NCBI GenBank assembly: GCA_049970055.1
Contig: JBMFNR010000001.1
Coordinates: 192,001 to 256,000, forward strand
DNA length: 64,000 nucleotides
Reading direction: 5' to 3'
DNA from: Fervidobacterium sp.
GTDB taxonomy: Bacteria > Thermotogota > Thermotogae > Thermotogales > Fervidobacteriaceae
Shown: piece after piece, positions 49,745 to 60,389 of the stretch
How the letters are laid out: the number at the start of each line of letters is the position of its first letter
Numbering within the stretch: position 1 is the stretch's first letter
Position numbers and translations under genes: made by a program
The notes under the pieces: model-generated
Seen by the model: the letters and a program-made list of their open reading frames with translations, nothing else
Databases searched by the model: none
What the model was told of the DNA's origin: nothing

Positions 49745-50543
49745 ATTCGATCCTCCTCATAACGTACGTATTTGTCCTTGGTAAATATGCAACTGGATCG
49801 TTTGGCTCACCATATTTTCTAACTTCAAAATGAAGATGTGGACCTGTCGATGTACCGGTGGAACCTGACCTTGCTATAAAGTCGCCTTTTTCAACCTTAA
49901 GGCCCACATACACATTTATTCTTGAAAGATGTGCATAATATGTTTCAAAACTTCCGTGATCAATTATAACTATGTTTCCATATCCACTCATCCATCCAGC
50001 ATACTTGACGGTTCCTGAACGAGCTGCAAAAACGGGTGTTCCCTCAGGTACCTTAATGTCGATTCCTGTATGAAACATGTTTTTACCATATATTGGGTGT
50101 ATTCTCCAACCAAATTCTGACGTAATCGTCCCATATACCGGCCAAATAAAATCCGCTAACTGAACAAACGATGTGTTGGATTTTCCAAGAGGAACAAATA
50201 TTTCTTTTCCCGCAGGTATCGTTGAACTTAGCGAAGGATTGATATCAAGTATTTCGCTTGCATCGACAAAGAAATATCTTGCAAGCTCTGATAAACTGAT
50301 TGTTGTAGAAGGCTTGTACATAATACCGGGAATGAGTGGAACTTTTATTGTTGTACCAACCTTAAGTTTAGAAGTACTTATGCCCGGATTCCAGTCAAGA
50401 AGAACAGGGAGTGGAACTCCAAATCCATTCGATATACTATAGAGTGTGTCTCCACTCTGAATTTTATAATTTATATAGTAAGGAAACACTAGTGCTACCA
50501 TTGTTATCATCACTAAAGCTAGTATTTTTCGCAATTTCCCCAC
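49737..50543 (-). CDS. LysM plus M23 peptidase (peptidoglycan DD-endopeptidase family)
   Basis: YKIQSGDTLYSIS LysM; HTGID, YAHL, STGPHLHFEV. Confidence 0.9.
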   Translation of the reverse strand: MGKLRKILALVMITMVALVFPYYINYKIQSGDTLYSISNGFGVPLPVLLDWNPGISTSKLKVGTTIKVPLIPGIMYKPSTTISLSELARYFFVDASEILDINPSLSSTIPAGKEIFVPLGKSNTSFVQLADFIWPVYGTITSEFGWRIHPIYGKNMFHTGIDIKVPEGTPVFAARSGTVKYAGWMSGYGNIVIIDHGSFETYYAHLSRINVYVGLKVEKGDFIARSGSTGTSTGPHLHFEVRKYGEPNDPVAYLPRTNTYVMRRIESE

Positions 50544-50653
50544 CCCTTATTTTATTTGTTACAAAAAATCCTTTTATATTTTACCACAAAAGTTTTTTAT
50601 GTCAAAATAGTATACTAAAGTAAAGAATTTTTGACTCCAGTTGTCGAAAAGCC

Positions 50654-52534
50654 TTATTTTTTCTTTATGTACGTCAACAAAGCGAGGATATCAGCAGGTG
50701 TCACACCTGATATCCTCGAGGCTTGTCCAAGTGACAAAGGCCTGATTTTTTCGAGCTTTTCTCGAGCCTCCGTTGATAAGTTAGGAACTTGTGTAAAATT
50801 TACATTAACAAGTGGTAATTTTTCGTATTCTTCAAAGACTTGCACTTGTTCGAGCATGGAATTTATGTAACCTTCGTATTTTAATTGTATCTCTATTTGT
50901 TGTACAACTTCCGGATCCTCTATCGGTTCAGGGTCGAATTGTCTGAAATGTTCGTAATTAACTTCCGGTCTTCTAAGAAGTTTTGCAAGTCTCGTTCCTT
51001 CCGCTAATGGTGTACTTCCAAGTGAGTGCAACACTTCGTTTACCTGGGGCAATGCGGGTATTTTAACATTTTCGAGCCTTTCAAGATGGTATTTCACATT
51101 TTGTTCAAGTTTTACAACTTTATCGTAGAACCACCTTGGTATTAAGCCTACTTCATATCCATACTTTGCGAGTCTTAAATGAGCATTATCGTGCCTCAAA
51201 AGTAATCTATACTCTGCCCTTGATGAAAGTAATCTGTAAGGCTCATCTACGCCTTTTGTTACCAAATCATCTATAAGTACTCCGATGTAGCTTTCCGAAC
51301 GCTTTAGCACGAGTGGTTTTTCTCCTCTAAGTTTCAACCCTGCGTTTATGCCTGCAATTAGTCCTTGCGCTGCGGCTTCTTCATAACCACTTGTACCGTT
51401 AATTTGACCTGCAAAGTAAAGGTTTTCAACAATTTTTGATTCAAGTGTAGGGTACAATTGAGTTGGGTCTATGTAATCGTATTCTACCGCGTAGGCGGGT
51501 CTAACGATAACTACATTTTCCAAACCTGGAACCGTTCTAAGCATCTTTATTTGAGCAGCATATGGAAGACTTGTTGAAAGTCCATTCAGGTAGTACTCTT
51601 GTGTATCTCTTCCTTCAGGTTCGACAAAAACTTGGTGACTTTCACGATTGAATTTTACGACTTTATCTTCTATTGAAGGGCAATACCTTGGTCCCTTTGC
51701 CTCAATCAGTTTTACTTCACCATAAAGAGGCGAGAACATAAGATAGTCTCTTATGATTTTATGGGTTTTAGGAACAGTGTGTGTTAACCAACATGGATAA
51801 TCCTTTTCAAGAATGCGAGGTTCATTAAAATGCGAAAATGCCCATGGCTTGTCATCCGTGTCTTGCCTTATCATTTTTGAGAAATCTATACTCTTCTTCA
51901 GCACTCTTGCGGGAGTACCAGTCTTAAACCTTCCGACTGTGAATCCAAGTTTTATTAAAGACGCGGTAAGCCCTTTTGCTGAAAAGTCCCCCATTCTTCC
52001 TGCATCCATTGTTTCTCGACCAATAAATATCCTTCCTCTGAGGAAAGTACCGGTAGTTAGAATAACTGCCCTTGCCAGATATTCTATTCCAAAGCTGTCG
52101 ATCACTCCTTTAACTTTATTGTTTTCCACCAAAATTTCTTCAACAACTCCGTACCTAAGTAGTAAATTTTCCTGCTCTTCTAATTTTCGTTTCATAGTTC
52201 TTGAGTAAGAGTATTTATCTATTTGAGCTCTTAGTGCTTGGACAGCGGGTCCTTTGCTTGTATTTAGCATTCTTACATTTATCATGGTTTCATCGGTTGT
52301 TTTCGCCATTTCTCCACCGAGAGCATCTATTTCCCGTACAACAATGCCTTTTGCTGAACCGCCAATCGCAGGGTTACACGATGCCCAGCCTACATTGTCC
52401 GGATTGCCAGTTAAAAGCAACGTCTTAAATCCCATTCTCGCACACGCAAGAACAGCTTCTATTCCGGCATGTCCACCACCGACAACTATAACATCAAATT
52501 TGTAATCATCTTCCGGTCTTGCAAAAAAGTTCAT
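50654..52534 (-). CDS. mnmG: tRNA U34 carboxymethylaminomethyl modification enzyme MnmG/GidA
   Basis: [44 protein letters not shown]. Confidence 0.97.
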   Translation of the reverse strand: MNFFARPEDDYKFDVIVVGGGHAGIEAVLACARMGFKTLLLTGNPDNVGWASCNPAIGGSAKGIVVREIDALGGEMAKTTDETMINVRMLNTSKGPAVQALRAQIDKYSYSRTMKRKLEEQENLLLRYGVVEEILVENNKVKGVIDSFGIEYLARAVILTTGTFLRGRIFIGRETMDAGRMGDFSAKGLTASLIKLGFTVGRFKTGTPARVLKKSIDFSKMIRQDTDDKPWAFSHFNEPRILEKDYPCWLTHTVPKTHKIIRDYLMFSPLYGEVKLIEAKGPRYCPSIEDKVVKFNRESHQVFVEPEGRDTQEYYLNGLSTSLPYAAQIKMLRTVPGLENVVIVRPAYAVEYDYIDPTQLYPTLESKIVENLYFAGQINGTSGYEEAAAQGLIAGINAGLKLRGEKPLVLKRSESYIGVLIDDLVTKGVDEPYRLLSSRAEYRLLLRHDNAHLRLAKYGYEVGLIPRWFYDKVVKLEQNVKYHLERLENVKIPALPQVNEVLHSLGSTPLAEGTRLAKLLRRPEVNYEHFRQFDPEPIEDPEVVQQIEIQLKYEGYINSMLEQVQVFEEYEKLPLVNVNFTQVPNLSTEAREKLEKIRPLSLGQASRISGVTPADILALLTYIKKK

Positions 52535-52559
52535 TGCTTATACCTCCTGTGTTTCGCCT

Positions 52560-53873
52560 TTAAGTTATCTTCCCTTTTTCAAATACTAGCTCTCCGTTGA
52601 CAAACGTCTGTATTGGGTCATTTTCGAATGGATCACTTGCGTAAAGACAAAAATCGGCAAGGTATCCTTCTTCTATTTTTCCTGCATTAAATTTTGACAT
52701 TTTTGCGCCGGCTTCCGTGTAGAGATGAATTGCATCCGATCTTGAAAATCCCATTTTCAGCGCGTGCTCAATTACGTACTTTGGATCCGCGGGTGATACA
52801 GGCGAATCTGTCGAAAATGCAACTTCAAAACCTGCGTTATACATCTCAAAGAACGGATATGCTAAGTCACATCTTACATGTTTTAGCATATCCAGATCTT
52901 CAAAGTAAAAGTGTGGTTGTACAGATATATAGAAACTTTTCAACTTTTCAAAATCTTGTTTTCTGATAAACTGGACGTGTATAAGCCTGTGTCTTCGTTT
53001 TAATGTATTTTTAGTAAGTATTTCTATAACTTCATGTACGGCTCTGTCACCTATCGTATGTATATTCAATTGCAATCCATTATTTTCTGCATATGTGATA
53101 ATTTCGTTCATATTTTCAGGTATTGTAAACAACCCATTTGTACCATTATCTAAATATGATTCAAACATGTAGGCCGTTCTACCGCCTAAGGAACCATCCG
53201 CGTAAATCTTTATTCCACCGATTTTCGAAATACCAAAATTTCCGAATTCGTAATTCCACGGCTCATTTGTACACAATTTTTCAAATACCCTTATTTTACT
53301 ATTGTTCAAAAGATTTTTTAGCAACTTGAACGAGATGCCATGAAAATCATCCGAGTGAACTTGTGTGACACCGTGCTTTAAAAATTCCATCTGCCCATAT
53401 TCGAAAGCCTTTTGATAAAATTCGTCACCGAGAAAATTCCAAACTTTGTCAAGTTGACTTTCGTAAATAAAATTATCGCTCAAATTTAGTTTTGATTTCA
53501 AAAAGTTGTTAACAAACGCAACATGTCCGCACTTTCTAATCAAAAATACAGGTTTTGATAAACTGTTTGCAAAATTCACAGTTTGGTTATCGGGTACATT
53601 CTCCCAGCCCCGTGCTATTATGAATTCCTCCGATGATTTTAAAACATCTTCTAATTTTTCTTTTACCAGGTCATGTGTTAGTATTTTCATTCCTGTGCCT
53701 ACCACATGTGCATGAGAATCAATGAAACCAGGCATGAGAAATAAACCTGTGGCATTCACCACAGGTCCATTCTCTGTGTAATCACTTTTACGCACAAACT
53801 TGCCGTCTTTAATGAACAAATCACGTTTCTCAAAAAACATGCCGTTCCAAACCCAAGCGTTTTTGATTATCAA
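52560..53873 (-). CDS. Amidohydrolase family protein (YtcJ-like)
   Basis: PGFIDSHAH, KIYADGSLGGRTA, HTIGDRA, FSTDSP. Confidence 0.85.
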   Translation of the reverse strand: MIIKNAWVWNGMFFEKRDLFIKDGKFVRKSDYTENGPVVNATGLFLMPGFIDSHAHVVGTGMKILTHDLVKEKLEDVLKSSEEFIIARGWENVPDNQTVNFANSLSKPVFLIRKCGHVAFVNNFLKSKLNLSDNFIYESQLDKVWNFLGDEFYQKAFEYGQMEFLKHGVTQVHSDDFHGISFKLLKNLLNNSKIRVFEKLCTNEPWNYEFGNFGISKIGGIKIYADGSLGGRTAYMFESYLDNGTNGLFTIPENMNEIITYAENNGLQLNIHTIGDRAVHEVIEILTKNTLKRRHRLIHVQFIRKQDFEKLKSFYISVQPHFYFEDLDMLKHVRCDLAYPFFEMYNAGFEVAFSTDSPVSPADPKYVIEHALKMGFSRSDAIHLYTEAGAKMSKFNAGKIEEGYLADFCLYASDPFENDPIQTFVNGELVFEKGKIT

Positions 53874-53902
53874 AATTACCACCTTTTTTACTCCAGTAGT
53901 CA

Positions 53903-54862
53903 TTAAGATAACAAACCGGCGAGTTTAACGAGTTCCATATCAAGTTTCTTCTTTTCTTTTAATACTGCGTCAAGCTTTACTGTTACTATTTTACCACCCT
54001 GAAGTGCTGTCATAACAAAACTTTCACCACTCATCAGTGCGTCTACTGCGGTAACACCCATCCTTGAAGCAAGAAGTCTGTCGAATGCTGTTGGCGAACC
54101 TCCTCTTTGAATGTGGCCAAGGATCGTTATTCTTGTTTCGTAACCTATTCTGTATTCAAGGTGTCTTGCGACAGTATATGCACTTGCAGCACCTTCAGCA
54201 ACAACAACAATACAGTTAATCTTCCCTCTTTCTCTTTCTTCCAATAGTTTATTGCCTAGTTCCTCATAATTTACTGGTACTTCCGGGATAATAACGGCTT
54301 CAGCTCCGGTAACGAGTCCACTTACAGCAGCTATATAACCCGATGTTCTTCCCATTACCTCTATAATAAACGCCCTCTCGTGAGAACTAGCTGTATCTTT
54401 CAATTTTTGAATGGCATCGACAACGGTGTTCAGACATGTATCTACGCCAATACTCATGTCTGTCATTGCTATGTCATTGTCTATTGTCCCTGGGATACCG
54501 ACTACAGGTATCTTTTGCTCCTCTTCAAGAAACATTGCACCGTGTAAACTACCTTCTCCGCCTATGACAACAAGTCCATCGATGCCATGCTTTTTCAATA
54601 TCTTTGCTGCTTCAGCTCTTGTTTCCTTTCGAACAAACTCCGGACATCTGCTGGACCTGAGTATAGTTCCGCCTTTTTCCATAATTCCACCGACGGAAGC
54701 GAACGTCATAGGTTCAATTGCTTCATCCAGAAGACCAGCGTAACCTCTCTTGATACCGTAAACTTCAAGACCTTGCTTAATACCATACCTAACAACAGCT
54801 CTTATAGCGGCATTCATACCAGGAGAATCCCCACCACTTGTCATCACAGCTATTCTCTTCAA
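53903..54862 (-). CDS. pfkA: ATP-dependent 6-phosphofructokinase
   Basis: [37 protein letters not shown]. Confidence 0.96.
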   Translation of the reverse strand: MKRIAVMTSGGDSPGMNAAIRAVVRYGIKQGLEVYGIKRGYAGLLDEAIEPMTFASVGGIMEKGGTILRSSRCPEFVRKETRAEAAKILKKHGIDGLVVIGGEGSLHGAMFLEEEQKIPVVGIPGTIDNDIAMTDMSIGVDTCLNTVVDAIQKLKDTASSHERAFIIEVMGRTSGYIAAVSGLVTGAEAVIIPEVPVNYEELGNKLLEERERGKINCIVVVAEGAASAYTVARHLEYRIGYETRITILGHIQRGGSPTAFDRLLASRMGVTAVDALMSGESFVMTALQGGKIVTVKLDAVLKEKKKLDMELVKLAGLLS

Positions 54863-54977
54863 GTCGACCGCCTCCTTGCAAAATATAAATTTAAAGACCG
54901 TAAGAACCGTTCAATGCAATCAGTAGCGATTATACCATATTTTAATTGTACAGTCTACAACTTACTTTTTATTCTCG

Positions 54978-57344
54978 CTATTTCGCTTTTTTCCTTGATT
55001 TTGCTTTTCCTTCCGACAGATCGTGTGAGCGCTTAAGTGCTTGAACAACGTAGTAGTTAACAGTTCCACGCGGATATTCATAGTTTTTATTCATATCACC
55101 AGCAGGTTTATCTGTCATCAGTTCAATGGCCTCGTCTACCTCATCTACTGTCCATATGTGGAATTTTCCATCTTTTATATCTTGAGTTATTTCGTCGATA
55201 AGTACAAGGTTTCTGATATTTGCACGTGGGATTATGACTCCTTGCGTACCATTTAGTCCCTTCAATTTGCATATTCTGTAAAAGCCCTCCACTTTTTGGG
55301 TAACACCACCCACTGGCTGTACGTGTCCATGTTGGTTTATTGAACCCGTCACAGCAATGTTTTGCTTCAACGGAACTTTTGAGAGTGCGGAGATAATTGC
55401 TAACACTTCTGCCAAAGAAGCGCTATCTCCTTCAACGTAACTGTAAACTTGCTCAAAAGAAATGGAAACACCCATTGAAAACGGTACCTTCCTTGCGTAT
55501 TTGCTCCCGAGATAGCCTGTTAAGATCATCACTGCCTTGCTGTGAATTTGTCCACTTAAATCAGCTTCTCTTTGAATATCTAATATCCCGGAACTTCCGA
55601 GGTAGGTTTTGGCAGTTATTCTTACAGGTAGACCAAATTCATAGTCTCCAAAATTAACAACGGTGAGTCCATTTACTTGCCCAACAACTTTACCACCAAT
55701 ATCTATCATTATATCTTCTTTTTTGAACATTTCATCGTACTTTTCGACAATTAATTTCATGCGTTCTTCTCTTTCCTTTAGTGCTTTCAATATATCTTCG
55801 TATTCTATATACTTTGAGTCTCTTTCACTTGCAAAATAGTTAGCCTCTTCTATAAGGTCAATTATCGAGCCTAGTTTCATCGAAAGTTTTGTTCTATCAC
55901 CGGACAGACGCATTGAGTACCAAACCACTTTTTCGAGAGCACTTCTCTTCAGTGGCAATATTTCTTTTTCCTTTGCGTAATCAGCAATAAATGAAAAAAG
56001 ATCGTGTACGTTTTCGACAGTAGTGTCAATTTCCCAATCGAGTTCCACTTTCACCTTAAAGAGTTTTTCGAAATCTGGATCGTATTCAAAAAGTACTTCG
56101 TAAATCTCTGGGCTGCCAATGAGAATGACTTTAACTTTCAGTGGGATTGGATCGGTTTTCAGCGAAGCTATTACGGAATATCCATAAGCAGTATCGATGT
56201 TTTCTATTTCCAATTGTTTTGCAAAAAGTACCTTTTTGAGTCTGTCCCATACAAATGGGTGTACTAGCAATTCTTGAGCATCTACGATCAGATACCCACC
56301 GTTAGCTGAATGGAGTACCCCAGGTTTAATGAGACTGAAGTCTGTGTACAGCATTCCTTCTCTTTCAATGTACTCTATCTTACCGAACAAATTGTGATAC
56401 GTCGGTGTATCTTCAAACACAACAGGTGCGCCATTTAATGAAGAGTTATCAACTATTAAATTAATTGAATAAGCCCTCTTAAAATAATACTCAAGCTCTT
56501 GGATCTTCTTAGCCAAAGTTACCTTTTCAATTATGTCTTCCTTTATCCTATGAATGAATTCCAGTACATCACTGTAAGGATAATTTTTCTCAACAACAAA
56601 GAAGAGTTCTTCAGTAGCAAATAACAAAGCGTATCTGTTTAAATCTCTTATCTGTTCTTTATAACGTGCTTCAAGTCTCCTTACATTTTCAACAGCAGCT
56701 TCTATTAAAAGCTGCACTTTTTTTTCATTTTCTTCGTAGTAACGTTTTTCTTCATCTCCTAACTTTTCAAATTCTTCGTCTTTGAGCACCTTACCATCTT
56801 TTGCTGGATAGTAATTTACACCTGTTTGCGTTATTTTTATCAAATAACCAAGTGCACCTGCTTTTTCCACCAATTCTCGCGTGAAAAGATCTTGTTGGTG
56901 TTCGAAATCTTCATCGATCTCTCTACGTCGTGTTTTGTAGTCATCGCTTTCAAAAACTTTCAGTATTCTTTCCGTCAAATTGTCAACGAGTTTTTCCATG
57001 TCTTTCTTTAAGTCAACTCCTTTTCCAGCCGGCAGAAATATAACCTTAGCTCTCATAGGATCTTCGAAATCCATAACGTATGCAACATCCGAAGGTGTAG
57101 GTCTTTTCTGGGCGTACTGATTGACAAAGTGCTTTACAAAAGTTTTTCTCCCCGTTCCAGAAGGTCCAACCACGAATATATTGTAACCGTCTCTATCCAT
57201 GTCCAGCCCGAATTTTAGAGCCTTTATGGCTCTTGACCTTCCAATAAAAGATTGGGTTTCCTTTATATCCTCCGTTGATTTTATATCTCCCAGTAGTGTT
57301 TGATCAACACTAAGTTCCTCGGCTCTAAGCTTCTTCAAAGGCAT
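54978..57344 (-). CDS. LonC-type Lon-like protease (AAA-like plus S16 protease domain)
   Basis: Variant Walker A GPSGTGRKT, long coiled coil, HSANGGYL, EGDSAS and QKVEGF Ser-Lys dyad. Confidence 0.88.
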   Translation of the reverse strand: MPLKKLRAEELSVDQTLLGDIKSTEDIKETQSFIGRSRAIKALKFGLDMDRDGYNIFVVGPSGTGRKTFVKHFVNQYAQKRPTPSDVAYVMDFEDPMRAKVIFLPAGKGVDLKKDMEKLVDNLTERILKVFESDDYKTRRREIDEDFEHQQDLFTRELVEKAGALGYLIKITQTGVNYYPAKDGKVLKDEEFEKLGDEEKRYYEENEKKVQLLIEAAVENVRRLEARYKEQIRDLNRYALLFATEELFFVVEKNYPYSDVLEFIHRIKEDIIEKVTLAKKIQELEYYFKRAYSINLIVDNSSLNGAPVVFEDTPTYHNLFGKIEYIEREGMLYTDFSLIKPGVLHSANGGYLIVDAQELLVHPFVWDRLKKVLFAKQLEIENIDTAYGYSVIASLKTDPIPLKVKVILIGSPEIYEVLFEYDPDFEKLFKVKVELDWEIDTTVENVHDLFSFIADYAKEKEILPLKRSALEKVVWYSMRLSGDRTKLSMKLGSIIDLIEEANYFASERDSKYIEYEDILKALKEREERMKLIVEKYDEMFKKEDIMIDIGGKVVGQVNGLTVVNFGDYEFGLPVRITAKTYLGSSGILDIQREADLSGQIHSKAVMILTGYLGSKYARKVPFSMGVSISFEQVYSYVEGDSASLAEVLAIISALSKVPLKQNIAVTGSINQHGHVQPVGGVTQKVEGFYRICKLKGLNGTQGVIIPRANIRNLVLIDEITQDIKDGKFHIWTVDEVDEAIELMTDKPAGDMNKNYEYPRGTVNYYVVQALKRSHDLSEGKAKSRKKAK

Positions 57345-58143
57345 ATATTTCGACCCCCTTATCAATGAAGTGATACTCTCCATCATTTCTTAATGCAAAG
57401 TACGTACTTCCAGAACCTGTTAATGCTGCTGGGTATTTAGTTCTGAGATTTTGAATTTCATTGAATAATTTCTTTGGAATGATATATTCAAACACATTGT
57501 AAGTTCCTTTCCCTATTTTAACAATATTTCCCTCTTTATAAGCTTCGTAAAGTTCTAACGAACTCATTGGAGCTTTCCCAAACCATTCCAACTTAAGCTT
57601 AGAATACGCCTCTTTTGTAGATATTGGAAAATCTGGAAAGTACAATTTCACTTTAAAATCATACCAATTTGTTAAAGGTGGAAGCGGAGTAACAATTTCT
57701 CCTCTTCCTCTTACAATTGCTGTCCCACCGTATATAAAAAATGGAACATCACTTCCAACGCTTTGGGCAATCTCAGGTATTTCTTCTCTCGATATGATCC
57801 CAGCTTTGGAGAGTGCTACTATGAAACCTGCCGCGTTACTACTCCCTCCACCAAGCCCGCCGCCAATTGGAATGTTTTTTTCGAGTTTTATGTAAACATC
57901 CTTGTCTTTGCAACCAATTACCTTCCAAACTTTGTAAAGAATATTGTCTTCAATGTTAACATTCGAACTGATATTCACATTTCCATCTCCGGCTTTAAGA
58001 ACGATCTCCATCTCGTCGTAAAGTGAAATATTTTGGAAAAGAGAATCTATCTCGTGAAAACCGTCGGATCTTTTATAAAGAATGTCTAAACACAAATTCA
58101 GCTTTGCAAACGTTCTAAGTACAAGGCGACAACCTTTGCCCAT
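57325..58143 (-). CDS. ispE: 4-diphosphocytidyl-2-C-methyl-D-erythritol kinase
   Basis: AKLNLCL, KNIPIGGGLGGGSSNAA, GSDVPFF, LTGSGS. Confidence 0.93.
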   Translation of the reverse strand: MGKGCRLVLRTFAKLNLCLDILYKRSDGFHEIDSLFQNISLYDEMEIVLKAGDGNVNISSNVNIEDNILYKVWKVIGCKDKDVYIKLEKNIPIGGGLGGGSSNAAGFIVALSKAGIISREEIPEIAQSVGSDVPFFIYGGTAIVRGRGEIVTPLPPLTNWYDFKVKLYFPDFPISTKEAYSKLKLEWFGKAPMSSLELYEAYKEGNIVKIGKGTYNVFEYIIPKKLFNEIQNLRTKYPAALTGSGSTYFALRNDGEYHFIDKGVEIYAFEEA

Positions 58144-58685
58144 CCTTCCATCTCCTCAATATAATCAGCTAACTTTTTTGAGCGTATCTCAATAAAGTTT
58201 TCAGACTCGGTGATACCATAGTACACAACATGTGCGATGTACAAAACACCGACGTGCACCCTGCTGACGGAATTTTCTACTTCATTTATTAATCCCACAT
58301 ACTTCAAACTTTTCACATCAACCTTAACTTCTTCGTTCAACTCTCTCCAAAGACCTTTCTTCAGACATTCAATTGGGTCTTTGGAATCTTCCTCGTTTAA
58401 GTGCCCTCCTACTCCCAAAGTTATGAGGTTATGCAGTCGTTTTTCCGTTTGATGTGCAGTTCTTCTGAAGAAGATGTATTCGTCGCCTTGTGTTAGAACG
58501 ACGTAAGGAATAACCTGCCTTATCGATTCATCATATTCAGCTATTGAACGCTCAACAAAAAATCCATCCTTCAAAACCTCAAGAAATTCTTCCTCAGGTA
58601 CTTCTACAACACCTGTTCTTCCCCGACACAATGTTTCCACTCGCTTTGTTTTAATCACCAAGACTTTTTCATCCAGACTTCCCAT
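58098..58685 (-). CDS. NUDIX family phosphoesterase
   Basis: QVIPY, EKRLH..LGVGGH, RELNEEV, VHVG. Confidence 0.82.
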   Translation of the reverse strand: MGSLDEKVLVIKTKRVETLCRGRTGVVEVPEEEFLEVLKDGFFVERSIAEYDESIRQVIPYVVLTQGDEYIFFRRTAHQTEKRLHNLITLGVGGHLNEEDSKDPIECLKKGLWRELNEEVKVDVKSLKYVGLINEVENSVSRVHVGVLYIAHVVYYGITESENFIEIRSKKLADYIEEMEGWAKVVALYLERLQS

Positions 58686-58702
58686 TCACTTTCCTCCTAT
58701 AA

Positions 58703-60067
58703 TCAGTATTCTTCTATATCTGCCATTAGTAATTCACGTGCTATAGCATTATCTACTTTACTTGCAATCAAACCAATTGCTGCGAATATATAATATTTAT
58801 CTTTCATAAATTTTATTTCCTCTGGTGGCAATAATTCCATGGGGTGTAACTTTGAAAGGTGTTTTACACTTTCTAGTACCTCCTTTGCGTATTTTGAGCG
58901 TGAAAGAAATCCACCAGTTCCGAAAATGACTTTAACAGCCGTTAGATCTTTGCCTTCAGCAATTGTTCTCCTACCTGTTGGAGTATAAAGGTGCTTTTTA
59001 CTACCGGCGTGCCTTCTTACCCCTTGCTGCACACAAAACATCGCAAGTTTGCTGACAAAATATTCATCTTTATCTGATTGTGGGTAAGGACTAATCCTTG
59101 TTATCAATTCATCGTAATCTTCAAATTGTTTTCGTAAATTTTCCTCTCCAATCATTTCAATAACGTTGTGTGCATTTACGAAAAGTCCGAGGTCTCCCTC
59201 AACGGTTCTTTTTGCGAATGGCTCTGGAGAAACCAACATTTCCTGAATCTCCGGTGAACCATCTGTAACTGAATCAACATCCGTTGTTGCACCACCAATA
59301 TCTATTGTTAAACAATCTCCGTAAAGTTCGTAAGCAAGTTCCGTTGTTCTCATAACAGCGGCGGGAGTCGGTATAATCTCATAGTTTACCATATCTTTAA
59401 TTTTCTCCATCCCGGGTGCTTTTATTATATGCTCGGCAAACACTTCTTTGATCACATTTCTCGTTGGTTCCACATTAAGGTAATCTATCCTTGGATAGAC
59501 ATTCTCTGTTACGTAAACTTTTTTTCCTGCGCTAGTCAAAATGTACTCCACATGTTCTGCTGCTGCCACATTTCCTGAGTAGATTATTGGAACGTCCAAT
59601 TCAAGTTTTGCAATCATCTTCGCATTGTGAATGACCGTCTCGCTCTCGCCGTAATCAACGCCACCAGCCAGTAATATTAACTTCGGTTGTATAGATACAA
59701 TCTTTTTCAAATGAAAATCGTCCATTTTTCCAGCCGTTACATACTTTATAACTGCTCCCGCACCGAGCGCAGCTTCACGTGCTGCACGAACGGTCATATC
59801 GTACACAAGACCGTGGACGGTCATTTTCAGTCCTCCGGCGGCACTACTTGTCGCAGCAAACTTCTCCCATACAATCTTTCCTTGCAATTTTTCTTCCAAT
59901 TTTTTCAGAGCGTACTCTATACCTATAGTTACATCTCCTTCATTCACTGTTGTCCAATGTTCTGCTTGAGCAACCACTTTTGGCTTGTGACCAAAACAAA
60001 ATGCCGTTAATACAGTTGTGGTTGAACCAATTTCTGCAAAAAGTAAGTCAACTTTCTCTTTTTTCAT
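58703..60067 (-). CDS. GlmL/MutL-related ornithine-degradation protein (putative mutase reactivating factor)
   Basis: AEIGSTTT, ATSSAAGGLKMTVHGLV, AALGAGA, DIGGATTDV, RTVEGDLG. Confidence 0.85.
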   Translation of the reverse strand: MKKEKVDLLFAEIGSTTTVLTAFCFGHKPKVVAQAEHWTTVNEGDVTIGIEYALKKLEEKLQGKIVWEKFAATSSAAGGLKMTVHGLVYDMTVRAAREAALGAGAVIKYVTAGKMDDFHLKKIVSIQPKLILLAGGVDYGESETVIHNAKMIAKLELDVPIIYSGNVAAAEHVEYILTSAGKKVYVTENVYPRIDYLNVEPTRNVIKEVFAEHIIKAPGMEKIKDMVNYEIIPTPAAVMRTTELAYELYGDCLTIDIGGATTDVDSVTDGSPEIQEMLVSPEPFAKRTVEGDLGLFVNAHNVIEMIGEENLRKQFEDYDELITRISPYPQSDKDEYFVSKLAMFCVQQGVRRHAGSKKHLYTPTGRRTIAEGKDLTAVKVIFGTGGFLSRSKYAKEVLESVKHLSKLHPMELLPPEEIKFMKDKYYIFAAIGLIASKVDNAIARELLMADIEEY

Positions 60068-60259
60068 TCTGCCCCACTCCCTACACTGGTAAATATCAAG
60101 TTTATCATCAAGTCTATTATACAACAAATGTTAACCAAGGCTATATCAATTTAGATGAAAAGGTAAACTAATAATTATTTAAGAGCGTTTTAAAACCATA
60201 CGGTGAAAACTTATGAAAGAGTAAGGAAAAGTAAGGATTTTCAATATCTTTATTATTTT

Positions 60260-60276
60260 TTTCTTTCTGAAAGAAA
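60260..60276. promoter_or_regulatory. Perfect palindrome, candidate sugar-regulator operator
   Basis: TTTCTTTC-T-GAAAGAAA upstream of the sugar ABC operon. Confidence 0.5.
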
Positions 60277-60389
60277 TATTTTAAAGATCAGTATATTTAG
60301 TTTCACAATGGGTAGTGTGGTATATTTCAATTAGTCACGTGGAGTGACATGTTGGTCGCCCACACTAAGTTAAGGGAGGTTGAGTTTTT

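Noticed and set aside
57130..57180. Variant Walker A (GTGRKT) as a sign of pseudogenisation
   Set aside because: Expected for LonC-type proteases; the ORF and protease dyad are intact
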